A stretch of 64,000 nt of DNA, taken from IMG/VR virus record IMGVR_UViG_3300046507_000660, positions 1 through 64,000 of that record, one strand, 5' to 3'. Shown here piece by piece: positions 43,801 through 51,455 of the stretch; position 1 is the stretch's first letter, and each line of letters starts with the position of its first letter. The notes below the pieces were generated by a model. The model had not been told where the DNA came from. It did not search any database and saw only the letters and a list, made by a program, of their open reading frames with translations. Both the position numbers and the translations under genes were made by a program. Source of the DNA: an uncultured virus (IMG/VR IMGVR_UViG_3300046507_000660). Taxonomy: Duplodnaviria > Heunggongvirae > Uroviricota > Caudoviricetes.

Positions 43801-46333
43801 CGCACAGATCGGCGAGGGCGACCTGGTGGCCATGCCGGACGAGCGCCACGGCGACCAGGTGCGTGTCTTCCGCGTCATCGACGCCGAGGACGGCCCCGGA
43901 GGCGTGCGCAGCTTCCTCCTGGAGGACGAGAACCAGCAGTGGCGGCGCCGCGTCGTCCACGGGGCCATGCCCGTGTGGCAGCTCCCCGAGGCCGAGCCGG
44001 AGCCCGTCAACCCGCCCGACGTCAACGACACCGACGGCGCCCCGGACCCGGCGGGCGACTCCGGATTCGGTATCCCCGGGGGCCCGATGCGCCGCGCTGG
44101 AGACGACCCTGCCGCCCCGACCGCCCCGACCGCTCCGGCCACGCCGGACGGCTCGAGCACCCCGGACGAGCCCACGGCGCCCGTCGCCCAGGTCCGCCCG
44201 GGAAGCCTGCGCCGCGGCGACGTCATCGACGCGCCCGTGAGCCGGACCGGCTACCAGTTCAACGGCCACCGGCGACTGACCATCATCAGCGAGCCGCAGC
44301 GCAACGGCTGGTGGATGCAGCTCACCGGCGTCGACGAGGACGGCAACGTCCACGACTTCGGGCTGCACAACGGCCGCGCCGTGAACGTCTACGACCGGAA
44401 CCGGCCCACCCCGGCCCTGCCTCCGGCCGGTACGCCCCGCGACCCCAACCAGGTGCCGCAGACCGACCTTAACCAGATCATCACCGACCACGGACGCGCC
44501 CACGCCGCCCGCATCATCGACGAGGCCATCGCAGGCACCGAGCCGCCCGGCGACATCCACGCCCTGCGCGAGGGCATCGCCCAGCGCCTCACCCCGGATG
44601 CCCTGGCCAACGCCCGCCAGGCGACCCGCCAGGACGGCATCGCTGCCCTCGACGCCGCGAGCATCACCGGCCGGGACCGGGCGAGCGCCCAGCGCCGCCT
44701 GCGCACCACCCGCAACCGGGCCCACGACGACACCGTGCGCGCGGCCCTGCGCACCATCAACGACCTCGAGCCCCTCGACGGCGAGAGCAACGAGGACCTG
44801 GCGGCCCGCGCCCGGGACCTGCTGCGCCTCATCCCGGACCAGGTCGCCGGCCGCCCAGACGCCGACCCCGACGCCGACCCCGACGTCACCCGGGCCGTGA
44901 CGGGACACGCCGACGACGCGGTGAACACGCTCCTGCAGCAGCTCCAGGCCGCGGGCGTGGACCCGGGCGACGCCGAGCGGATCGCCCGCGTGCTCACCCA
45001 GCAGATGGCCGGGACCCGGCAGGCCACCGCCCGCCGGATCGCGCGCCGGGTTGCCGCGGCGAACCCCGACGCCGGACGACAGCCGGGCCTCCTCGCCCGG
45101 ATCGTCGCCGCCCTGGTCCGCCTGGCCAAGCGGTTCGGGGAGCTGGTGAAGCAGGGAGCCCGGACGATCGCCGAGAAGTACCGCGACTCGCGCGAACGCC
45201 TCGCCCGCCTGCGCGCCTTCCTGGGCCGCATGGTGCGCCGTGTCCGGCAGTGGCCGGAGTCCCGCCGCCTGGCCCGCCTCCACCGCGCGGTGAACCTGCC
45301 GGACACGGACGGCGAGTCGCTCGCCGCACGGATCAGCCACTGGGCCGGACTCATGCCGGAGCCGGGCCGGTTCGGGCAGTCGCAGCGGCGCCTCACGTTC
45401 TGGCGGCCGACCACGTGGGCGCGCCTCGCGTCCGGTCATCTCCCGGACCGGTCGGACCGGATCCAGTGGACCCCGGACCGTGCAGCCGACGGCGGCCCCG
45501 GCCTGACCGGGCTCCGCCACATGGCAGCCCTGCGAATGGCCGGCCAGGACGTCGACACCGACGTGACCCGTCGTCTGTCCGCCGCTCTCGGCGACGACTT
45601 CGGGGACGACCCGCACGTCACGCTGCAGCACGCGGACGACTACGTGGCCGCGAGCGAGCGCCGCCTGGTCAACCTGCAAGCGGCCCGCAGCAGCGCGACC
45701 ATCCCGGACGACCCCGACCTCGACATCGAGATCACGGGCGCCCGCTCCGAGCTCGCGGCCGCCCGCCGGGAGTACTCGGACCTGCGGACGCGATACGCCG
45801 CCGCCGTGCCCGACGCCGTGGCCGCGTCCCTGGCCGACATCCGCGACATGGGCCCCGAGGGCACCGCCGCGATCGTGTTCGGCCCGGACACCGACCCGGA
45901 CGCCGAACGCGCCGTGCGAGGCGTCCAGCGGCTCATCCCCCGGTCATGGCTCAACACCGCCGAGGCGCGCCGCTTGACGGCCGTGGACGGCACCCAGGGC
46001 CGGTACGAGCCGGAGGGACAGCGGGCCACGGTCGCCGACCTGGCCGACGAGGGACTCGGCACGGCCGGGTTCGCCCTGGGCCAGCACTTCGCCGGACACC
46101 TCGGCGACCTCGACGCCGCGCAGCGCGCGTTCCAGTTCAGCCGGACCCACACCGGCCGGCCGGGCGCCCGCCGGATGCAGCGCAGCCCGTGGGACCGGAT
46201 CCGGCGACGGCAGCAGACGCAACCGGAGACCGGTGACACTCTCGCCCGGTCCATTCAGGCGATGTTTAGTGGCGACTGGTACCAGGACGACGACATGCGC
46301 GCGTTCCTCCTGGGCCTGCTCGCCACGCGATAA
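34835..46333 (+). CDS. Giant (~3830 aa) repetitive multidomain protein, probably virion-associated
   Basis: Uninterrupted ORF with GC3 bias; N-terminal HPRD..GRF; internal repeats; located in the head module. Confidence 0.8.
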   Translation: MLNRPAAAHAELQDLSDGLEVKAARRWNPSLHPRDSKGRFIETGGIVRLWGGDLARVMRALPNDRILVQDQTGPDEFNGRRHTTSAKWVSMVARPDGSAPTDNEHKVEAEDEKRDKDARRGNGVVHDDPGDPDTPNDAHAVDDRGRPIGEDDHPVGPRENDDQAEPEHGRHPVNVRALPNQSTAGGSRFQDTAAVRQHFLDLADRPDTRPEMAQFLRSVATDEDLRVSGDLAVLRDDSTGRWYLTATGTGQRMDLAGDFATPEEASEFARHLRRTAPTKGTAIRSLARGFDFSNPDLDAEARTWRSDRDENIAAAIKRARGEFDASRSAPASDAARAPHADAGTPETVSREELKPGDRVKVTVSRSDIEWPTSTRDQDKPETVTVEGTIAPTHSAGPGVSGATLVDVTLTSPDGTVMTSGDTARIRRMPTQVARSGHTDGFTPEERRADRVRVGDVIARGEFGHVVTRIDRGQGGRAFTTRNLGGRGEVDQFGARHGDMLSVVPKARRRPEDVQRDTPGHTQQHPNSRDAKGAAAAILSDWAKVNELAAQQWPDGAPEEFRTLAQHMQNVTDAPKGADGYQQNADAMRGALDALHGLDSEGVSQDMVKALHRLEEGLDANADRFEADSRAITENKRKREAVNAPNPDAPAAPNAPQSNAPTNDHPTGEPLQHNWDPENLVTLTMPEALANFLNVDETAAMDDPDTRKALTEAVHGRNGTLKVTAPIETHRALLEWAWTLAGGEGLDSDPKEVRAHRNYTKRVDEAAAKLERERQHRGAPDANGNAPDAGTGDGKTDAPSANTPGADTSEPQNTPDTVTMTPDEVSNHLDAVRSEGSKAPSRMDDGEIRDEIVSLMEREMANGGELSGVDRTRLQVLEAEEARPAGRAPKREDKPKPKPAEEPGGLFDVAPDEQQQFVADPNNPDDLADDPLGTPDMFANHEGRDTSRLRPPQSRKPADFKPGDRFVDTDGRTHTVKEEPIRTPRGRIRVVDEDGGEHFLAPDKELRVLHEGEDAPAVPETNAPDANAPESGAPSADTPETGTPGADAADTPNNAPEGGTPDTPDDSVAPPAPIGDASPTSMSNEDIDAELEALQAWQNRHVASSGEGPRVQGSPMVALSPVGNRRGALREEQRKREVARQDKERKEKEKQDRAAALARSEIGNRAADGSYPVTVDGENAGSVSQTARKWQYTDAEGRRSPDFYPSRAQAVAALVSNRDVRRNNDAQHVRQDQARTQTPDGWALGDRADVAENDIIRIPRMGRDRDGRPYPEGWGQPVRVNRVERRDDGTTIVSYSNPDGSYAGGSPLFLRGPDDSFAWANGRTRPEPTPAWRHELRPRMADIGDDVATLLNHADGLDDQDQERMRRLGEFIRRVEDGDTEDLQADLRKIRDEAAWLEEQFSREDLPFETRRYKSWATAAHGKAQRALDHPDFQHGSTADGPDNASGNAPGNAPDTNAPRADGVPDWADDLGGDVWLDQPRSTGGPRNIYVDGQIEGLLGRDRPKGRYYWWRPGGQSSEERFDTPEEAARAFAREMRENNLPSLSTPNDGGDGHDDRATRARDLFDEGMNAVGGDSLPEMQELNDRLGRADSADDRDAELGDIADRMDELADQYGLAGPQGELAADRFRRAARAARGEQDDRNNHSGDDHSNAHADGDRSTGGASNDGQNDGQNDGNSDNQATPAGDSSDNTDEPNQGDEPNPDDTQTPGDDQGHDDQNNGRQRNDTHPDGAAPDGGPDGGGAGAPDSGDNGDGPDRTDNAPNPDEANQDDEERRRRRQRRRRNNGGGGTGGPGGGGPGGLGLPHLSLPNLNVPAGTGGDSGDGGHGDGHGDGHHPRTPPNPRPHDVDSLRNAWRSGEGLTAGEDTPERRAHLADLADREGLTLSPQGGLALYPEQQDDGTTVWRFAQARNGSNLPGITLTTDNPEEARALAGRFEEITDANGDPFDWHQPQGPASVAAWRDGEGRTLPQAIRAVQDDYQQERAGAFNLPEDLTGMDDAALEAAMRQGLGPEDELRVMAEMDRRDGYVDERVRAAAQATPPTNADEAEREGRAMDEALRFGATDVTQPAPATPGRLRREFDALDEERFQAAMQATGGRMLSSEAEAQGIDPRALFSGGKYSNKQAKELASPELKHWFDGDDNTPGNGRLTYPQYRAREADRALRAEFADWDEARYRQAVDFTNGYFFRREYKYGFTDFNERELFSGGSLSARDRWMQYASDELQEWFDLNGGRQTFAQFREARRANDRAERHQHEEEELQRAAGGTPEGGAPNGAGPLTDDDVTPAPPFNAATPESESDASFRFGGRDRMQQFADRAEVRPDGATSEGVWLNGRQIGTIRNVNGANADREPVWDASPFYGLDHSANSRSQSRDTAIANLVVRALQNGPTDSSNPSEDMWDSVTLHLAGLTHPLPELPEALRDDPEARARYDRLSSMVDSFRDQQSPTGDLRQDLAQARDDFAWLHDALEGQAGTPQQREELSDLKTRTFWADRLQRGLGEPNSDLERPHAPGEPQGAGDAPSPAVPTPEPANAPDDTADPSATPDPEPEPNPDPISGQPAHWARVGDLAQGDMVRMNGTTRRGRPVQRAGYVQSTPELVDVTRRGRTDQMWRTWVTENPDGTGAAGNVYTSANATAARAEAPDNVVPGSPASGAQASLRSGDLPDQIPADRDGNGLFPGSTVRGTNDREGTITGAAPTTVSVHWSDGNDDDALPATTLTVTNGQRPDGWTADGHRVTTQSIVSDSDGALLGPVDDVAGDNVTVHTTDGTITRSAGDLRVTGQVRDDAPPAAPVTGIDEPAAADLKDGDVVVLDLDGQLSTVAITSPPHHDGDRVTLQYADTTTGEMGEIDVDARAVLPRAQGPDGGAPDLGPDNAPEPADDLTVHPTPRTVDPVTGPTVDPDLDSSDRNVIGDHADGPDTDPDAHQAAVRITSDLPVTPEQAQALATQLRSAADPSTLEGRAALRAADHLDRAAGRTPPTGLDRPRASNAAQIGEGDLVAMPDERHGDQVRVFRVIDAEDGPGGVRSFLLEDENQQWRRRVVHGAMPVWQLPEAEPEPVNPPDVNDTDGAPDPAGDSGFGIPGGPMRRAGDDPAAPTAPTAPATPDGSSTPDEPTAPVAQVRPGSLRRGDVIDAPVSRTGYQFNGHRRLTIISEPQRNGWWMQLTGVDEDGNVHDFGLHNGRAVNVYDRNRPTPALPPAGTPRDPNQVPQTDLNQIITDHGRAHAARIIDEAIAGTEPPGDIHALREGIAQRLTPDALANARQATRQDGIAALDAASITGRDRASAQRRLRTTRNRAHDDTVRAALRTINDLEPLDGESNEDLAARARDLLRLIPDQVAGRPDADPDADPDVTRAVTGHADDAVNTLLQQLQAAGVDPGDAERIARVLTQQMAGTRQATARRIARRVAAANPDAGRQPGLLARIVAALVRLAKRFGELVKQGARTIAEKYRDSRERLARLRAFLGRMVRRVRQWPESRRLARLHRAVNLPDTDGESLAARISHWAGLMPEPGRFGQSQRRLTFWRPTTWARLASGHLPDRSDRIQWTPDRAADGGPGLTGLRHMAALRMAGQDVDTDVTRRLSAALGDDFGDDPHVTLQHADDYVAASERRLVNLQAARSSATIPDDPDLDIEITGARSELAAARREYSDLRTRYAAAVPDAVAASLADIRDMGPEGTAAIVFGPDTDPDAERAVRGVQRLIPRSWLNTAEARRLTAVDGTQGRYEPEGQRATVADLADEGLGTAGFALGQHFAGHLGDLDAAQRAFQFSRTHTGRPGARRMQRSPWDRIRRRQQTQPETGDTLARSIQAMFSGDWYQDDDMRAFLLGLLATR

Positions 46334-46342
46334 GGAGGCAGC

Positions 46343-46612
46343 GTGTTCACCGTCACCGGCGCATTCGATGACGGTGCGACCTACACCGTGCAGATCACCG
46401 GGCGGGCAGACCGCCCGGTGATCGGGTCGCACCGGGCCGCGGCCCTCGTGGAGCTCCACCTGGGCGAGAAGGTCCTCCTGTCCCCGACCGGCCCCCTGGC
46501 GGCCGTTGCCGGGGACGACGGGGCGTCCGTGCTCGCAGTGCTTCGCGAGTACACCAACGTGATCGAGGAGAGCGGCGGCGTACCCCGGCAGGCGAGCGTG
46601 CCCGGGAGCTGA
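46343..46612 (+). CDS. Small protein directly downstream of the giant gene
   Basis: AAGGAGG RBS overlapping the giant gene stop. Confidence 0.65.
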   Translation: MFTVTGAFDDGATYTVQITGRADRPVIGSHRAAALVELHLGEKVLLSPTGPLAAVAGDDGASVLAVLREYTNVIEESGGVPRQASVPGS

Positions 46613-46617
46613 TCCGA

Positions 46618-46650
46618 GGCGCTTGCCCAATTGGGCAAGAACGATCTTGG
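46618..46650. promoter_or_regulatory. 18-bp palindrome element, copy 2
   Basis: 33-bp exact reverse complement of copy 3. Confidence 0.85.
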
Positions 46651-46709
46651 GCAGTGGGGCGGCGAGGTGGCGGCGACACAAGCCGCTCCGCTCGCTCATC
46701 CTCCGCCCC

Positions 46710-47348
46710 GTGACCAGATACGGATTCGCCATCAAGGCTCTCCCCAAGGGCGCCAAGCCTTTCGGGCAGGAAGACGACAAGAACAAGGAGAACCCGGGGC
46801 TCGAGACATCCAGCCCCGGCGCCTCCGACAGCGACACCTCCCTGGACCCTGCGGACGAGCTGCCCGAGGACCCGACGGCGGCCCCGTTCGCGCCCGCCGA
46901 CGACCCCGCGGCGCCCCCGGAGGACCCTGCAGCCTCCCCCGCCGGGGACGCTCCACCGGCGGGAGACGGCACCGGAGAGGAGCCGACGGACGCCCCGCCA
47001 CAGCCGGAAGGTGACTCCCGCCCCTGGGCCGGAGACGAGTACAACGAGGGCGAGGAGACCGATCCCGACGGCCCCCTGTCGTGGTCTGCGTTCACCGGCG
47101 GCAACGGGGAACAGGCTTGGCTCGACAAAGCCCAGGACGGCACACTGACCGGATGGGTGCGGGACTCCACCGGCCAGGTGTGGCGCTACACCGACCCCGA
47201 CGCGTGGGCGCTCGACGTCGACGGCGCCCACATGACGCAGACGCACCACAACGGCGAGGACAACGCCCAAGCGGCCGGGGACGGCACGCAGGGCGGACAG
47301 CCCCCGGACGACCGGGGCAAGCAGGACCTGATGTTCGCGGGCCAGTGA
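46710..47348 (+). CDS. Acidic Pro-rich hypothetical protein
   Basis: Leaderless GTG after promoter motif at 46674-46702; Trp-rich C-terminal domain. Confidence 0.6.
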   Translation: MTRYGFAIKALPKGAKPFGQEDDKNKENPGLETSSPGASDSDTSLDPADELPEDPTAAPFAPADDPAAPPEDPAASPAGDAPPAGDGTGEEPTDAPPQPEGDSRPWAGDEYNEGEETDPDGPLSWSAFTGGNGEQAWLDKAQDGTLTGWVRDSTGQVWRYTDPDAWALDVDGAHMTQTHHNGEDNAQAAGDGTQGGQPPDDRGKQDLMFAGQ

Positions 47349-47358
47349 GGAGAGTCGA

Positions 47359-47574
47359 GTGAAGCTCAACCGGCAGGCGTTCCAGGACCTGCTCAACGAG
47401 GGCAAGGCCGCGTACGCGGCGGGAGACCCATCCGACTCGTGCCCGTACAACATGTACGGCGCAGACGTAGAGGAGCGGTTCGGGTACCGCTACTGGACCC
47501 GCGGATGGGTCATGGCCCGGTCCGAGGCCGAAGCCCAGGCTGCCCAGCCTGTAGGAGCCAGCGCAGGACAGTAA
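47359..47574 (+). CDS. Ribosome modulation factor (Rmf)-like small protein
   Basis: EGKAAYAAG....CPY...RYWTRGW. Confidence 0.55.
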   Translation: MKLNRQAFQDLLNEGKAAYAAGDPSDSCPYNMYGADVEERFGYRYWTRGWVMARSEAEAQAAQPVGASAGQ

Positions 47575-47633
47575 GGCCCTCCACTCGGCACGGTGCCCGG
47601 CGGCCCACTGTCCACCGCCGGAGGTTCCCCGCC

Positions 47634-49856
47634 GTGCCGAGCGCTGCTCCACCCACCAGATCCACCCGTCCCAGCACCACCCAGCGAGGCACCAGCCGGG
47701 CAATCTACGCCGTGACGGGCGTGGTCGACGAGGTCGATGACCTCATCCTGCCTGGTGCTTTCACCCGCACCCTGGCTTCACGGCCCGTCAAGTCCGTGTG
47801 GCATCACGGGTGGAAGGACCCTGTCGGCGTCGTCCTCGAGTGCGAGGAGTGGCTGCCCGGGGACGTCCGATTCAAGAGCGTGCCCGACTGGCCCCCCGAG
47901 GCCGGCGCGCTCGTCGCCACCGTGCTCTACAACCTGCGCACCCAGCAGGGCCGCGACGCCTACGAGCAGGTCAAGCAGTGGCATGAGCACAAACAGGCCG
48001 CGTTCTCGATCGGCTTCCGCGTCCCTGAGTGGGGCGCCTCCACCCGCAACAAGATCCGTGTCATCCACGACATGGACCTGTTCGAGGTCTCGCCCGTTCT
48101 GCACGGCGCGCACCCGATGACCCGCTCCCTCGAGGTGAAGTCCGCCGCCGGTAGCGGCCACGACGGGCTCGAGTACAAGTCCACGCCCGGCCCAGTAGAG
48201 ATCGACGTCGTCGCCTCCTCAAAGAGCGATGACGCCATCAAGGTCGCGGGACTGGTCGTCAAGGCCGCCGACACGGGCCGCGTCCTGATGATCCAGCGCG
48301 CCCTCGACGACGAGGACCCGGCCGCGGGCACCTGGGAGTTCCCCGGCGGACATGGGGAGGACGACGAGGACCCGCTCCAGACTGCGATCCGCGAGTGGGG
48401 TGAGGAGACCGGCTCGACGCTCCCCGGCACCACCAGCGTCGTCGGGTCCTGGACAGCCCCGAACGGCATCTACCGGCTCTACGTGGCAGTCGTCCCGACC
48501 GAGGCGTCTGTACCGATCAACACCCCGCACGACGAACGCCGGATCGCCAACCCGGACGACCCGGTCGGAGACGCGACCGAGGTCACCGCCTGGTGGCCGA
48601 TCACGGCTCTCCCCGATATGCCGCTCCTGCGGCAGGAGTGCCGCGAAACCCCGTGGGACCTCCTGGCCGGCGCTGCCCTGCCGAAGCCCTCCGGGCCGAC
48701 CCTCGACCCCGTGAAGGTCGCGGCCGGGACCGTCGCTGCCCAGGACTTCGCCGACGGTGTGCTGTCCCGATACCGGGCCCTCGCCGCCGCCGAGAAGAAG
48801 TCCGCGCACGCCGCGGTGCAGGGCGCCCGTACCCGGCCGCACCTCGAGCACAAGTCCGCCCGCGTCATCGTCGCCGAGGCCAAGTCCGCCGGCGGCGCGG
48901 ACCAGAACCGCGGGGACGCCGAGCAGTTGCGGCACTGGTACGTCCGCGGTGAGGGCGCAGCTCAAATCGGCTGGGGCACTCCCGGCGACTTCGACCGCTG
49001 CGTGTCCATCGCCGGACGCCACATGAGCCCGGAGAACGCCAAGGGCTACTGCAATCTCCGCCACAAGGACGCCCTGGGCATCTACCCCGCCACCCACGCG
49101 GCCGAGAGCAAGAGCGCTCGCCGCGCTGTCCTCGAAGCCAAAGCACGACTCAGCGCCAGCACTGGAGACCCCATGGACCCGATCCAGACCCTGCCCCAGT
49201 CGTTCGAGCAGATCCGCGACCGCCTCGGCCAGGCCGTCCGCATGCTGCTCGCTCCCGATGACGACACCTGGGCGTGCATCCACGGCACCTACCCGGACCA
49301 CGTCATCGCCTCGGTGCACTCCGGCGAAGAGGGAGAGGAGCACTACCTGGTGCCGTACACCCTCGACGGCGACGACGTGGACCTGGGCACGCCGAAGCCG
49401 GTCACGCTGGCCACCGTCGTTGTCTCCGACGAGGACGACGACGAGCCGCGCGAGGCCGACGAGGACGAGGAGGCCGAAGCCCGCGTCGTTCAGCCCACGG
49501 TCGACGCGCTCAGCGACGCGACCGCGCGGATCAGCACCACCACCGCGGGCCCGAAGCAGCTCGAGGATGTCCGCGACAAGGTCCGTGACCTGATCGCCGC
49601 CCTGTCGGCGAAGGGACTCGACGTCGCCGACGCACAGCCCGCACGCCGCGGGCCGGCGGCCGCAGCGTCGGGGCTGGACCTGTGGGACGAGGACGACGAG
49701 GAGACGCCCGACGACACCGGGGACGGCGATCCCGAAGGCGACGGAGGAGACCCCGCGGGCGACCAGGACGACCCGACCCTCAAGCCGAAGGACGACGACG
49801 CCGTCCGCCTGGACCCCGACGAGGTGAGGGCCGCACTCGCCGCACTGCGGAGCTGA
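47634..49856 (+). CDS. HK97-type prohead protease fused to NUDIX and further domains
   Basis: W.H...PVG, FSIGF, LFEVSPV; NUDIX box GGHGEDDEDPLQTAIREWGEETG; GGAGG RBS. Confidence 0.8.
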   Translation: MPSAAPPTRSTRPSTTQRGTSRAIYAVTGVVDEVDDLILPGAFTRTLASRPVKSVWHHGWKDPVGVVLECEEWLPGDVRFKSVPDWPPEAGALVATVLYNLRTQQGRDAYEQVKQWHEHKQAAFSIGFRVPEWGASTRNKIRVIHDMDLFEVSPVLHGAHPMTRSLEVKSAAGSGHDGLEYKSTPGPVEIDVVASSKSDDAIKVAGLVVKAADTGRVLMIQRALDDEDPAAGTWEFPGGHGEDDEDPLQTAIREWGEETGSTLPGTTSVVGSWTAPNGIYRLYVAVVPTEASVPINTPHDERRIANPDDPVGDATEVTAWWPITALPDMPLLRQECRETPWDLLAGAALPKPSGPTLDPVKVAAGTVAAQDFADGVLSRYRALAAAEKKSAHAAVQGARTRPHLEHKSARVIVAEAKSAGGADQNRGDAEQLRHWYVRGEGAAQIGWGTPGDFDRCVSIAGRHMSPENAKGYCNLRHKDALGIYPATHAAESKSARRAVLEAKARLSASTGDPMDPIQTLPQSFEQIRDRLGQAVRMLLAPDDDTWACIHGTYPDHVIASVHSGEEGEEHYLVPYTLDGDDVDLGTPKPVTLATVVVSDEDDDEPREADEDEEAEARVVQPTVDALSDATARISTTTAGPKQLEDVRDKVRDLIAALSAKGLDVADAQPARRGPAAAASGLDLWDEDDEETPDDTGDGDPEGDGGDPAGDQDDPTLKPKDDDAVRLDPDEVRAALAALRS

Positions 49857-49931
49857 GTTGCACCCTCGCGACCACTCCACCCCCACGGCCCCGCTCCACT
49901 GCAGTTAACAAAACCGCAGGTCAAACCCCAT

Positions 49932-49967
49932 GCGCTGCCCGCTCTTGACGTCTCGAGCGGGCAGCGC
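49932..49967 (+). terminator. Perfect 13-bp hairpin before the capsid promoter
   Basis: gcgctgcccgctc / gagcgggcagcgc. Confidence 0.6.
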
Positions 49968-50081
49968 GCGACGTTAACCCCCCTCTCCCACTTTCATCAC
50001 GCCTCGCGTTGAGGCGTCCCGGTGCTGGCCGGGCGAACGGCGCACGTCAACCGCCACCCCAGCATCAGGGAGAGCCCCGCA

Positions 50082-51374
50082 ATGCCCACCAGCCGTATTC
50101 AGGAGCTGCAGAAGGCGCTCGAGCTCAAGAGCAACGAGGCCGAGCGCATCAGCCAGACTTTCAAGGTCGAGGACGGCGGCCAGTTCATCGTCTCCAGCGA
50201 GCAGGCCAAGGCCTTCCGCAAGGTCTCCGGCGAGGCGCAGGAGATCAAGGCGCTCATCGACGCCGAGCAGGGTCTGACCGAGATCAAGCAGTACCTCGAC
50301 GCCCCGGACGCCCCGCCGGCCGCGGCCGCCCACTACGCCCAGCGCCACACGGGTGTCGAGGAGAAGTCCCTCGGCGACCTGTTCGTCGAGTCCGGCTCCT
50401 ACCAGCGCGCCAACCAGGCCGAGTTCCGTGACAAGCCGTACATCCGCGCCGACATCGAGGGGAAGTCGATCTTTTCCCTGTCCGCGGGCACCGTGTCCCA
50501 CCAGGTCCTCGGCTCCGCGCAGAACCTCGGCATCGCCGAGCGCCCGTTCCGCAAGTTCCACGTGCGGGACCTGTTCCCCAAGTCGACCACCAAGAACCCC
50601 GTCCTGTACGGCGCGCGTGAGACCGGCTGGACGAACTCCGCCCGCCAGGTCAAGGAGCGGTACGCCGCGGACGGTGTCTCGCCGGCGACCGGCGCGGACA
50701 CCGACACCTGGGGTCGGGCCCCGCGTTCCAAGCTGACCCTGACGCCGGTGATGTACCCGGTCGCAGAGGTCGCGCACCTCCTGGACGCGCACAAGAACAT
50801 CCTCAGCGACGAGCCGCGTCTGAAGACGTTCATCAACACCAGGATGGTGGAGGGGGTCAAGTACGCGGAGGACTGGGACCTCTTGCACAGCGTCGGCGAC
50901 GGCCAGTCCCTCACCGGCATCTACAACACCCCCGGCGTCCAGCAGTACACCGGCCTCGCGGCCGACCAGTACTCCGTCCAGATCCGCCGCGCCATCACCA
51001 AGGCGCTGCTGGCCGAGTACGACCCGACCGGCATCGTCCTGTCCCCGACGATGTGGGAGCGCGTCGAGGTCGAGGAGGACAAGAACGGCGCCTTCCGCGT
51101 CGCCATCGCCGTCGCCATCGGTGCCGAAAAGAAGGTGTGGAGGCTGAACGTCGTCGAGACGACCGCGATGGCCGACAGCGACTTCCTGATCGGTGCCTTC
51201 GGTCTCGGCGCGCAGCTCCACGACCGCGAGAACGTGTCCGTGACCGTCTCCTCGGAGAACGCGGACAACTACGAGAAGGGCCTGATCACCTTCCGTGCCG
51301 ACGAGCGCCTGGCGCTCGAGGTCCCGCGGCCGGAGTCGTTCGTCATCGGCTCCTGGACCCAGCCGACCGGCTGA
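50082..51374 (+). CDS. Major capsid protein (HK97 fold, N-terminal scaffold domain)
   Basis: Coiled N-terminus, LL.S.GDG..LTGI, GLITFRADERLALEVPRPESFV. Confidence 0.9.
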   Translation: MPTSRIQELQKALELKSNEAERISQTFKVEDGGQFIVSSEQAKAFRKVSGEAQEIKALIDAEQGLTEIKQYLDAPDAPPAAAAHYAQRHTGVEEKSLGDLFVESGSYQRANQAEFRDKPYIRADIEGKSIFSLSAGTVSHQVLGSAQNLGIAERPFRKFHVRDLFPKSTTKNPVLYGARETGWTNSARQVKERYAADGVSPATGADTDTWGRAPRSKLTLTPVMYPVAEVAHLLDAHKNILSDEPRLKTFINTRMVEGVKYAEDWDLLHSVGDGQSLTGIYNTPGVQQYTGLAADQYSVQIRRAITKALLAEYDPTGIVLSPTMWERVEVEEDKNGAFRVAIAVAIGAEKKVWRLNVVETTAMADSDFLIGAFGLGAQLHDRENVSVTVSSENADNYEKGLITFRADERLALEVPRPESFVIGSWTQPTG

Positions 51375-51387
51375 TCCACGCCGCAGT

Positions 51388-51421
51388 GAGGGGGTGCACC
51401 CGGGTATGGGTGCGCCCCCTC
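51388..51421 (+). terminator. Terminator hairpin after capsid
   Basis: gagggggtgcaccc / gggtgcgccccctc. Confidence 0.65.
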
Positions 51422-51455
51422 CCCCGTACCACCGACACGACGACGGAGGACCCTG

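Noticed and set aside
35880..44230. Intein/Hint domains suggested by A-x-x-L-x-x-G-D motifs
   Set aside because: No N-terminal Cys block or C-terminal His-Asn; better read as SH3/KOW-like repeats
37352..45679. 1031-aa and 1315-aa minus-strand ORFs
   Set aside because: Shadows of the giant gene; Val/Gly/Arg-rich mirror composition
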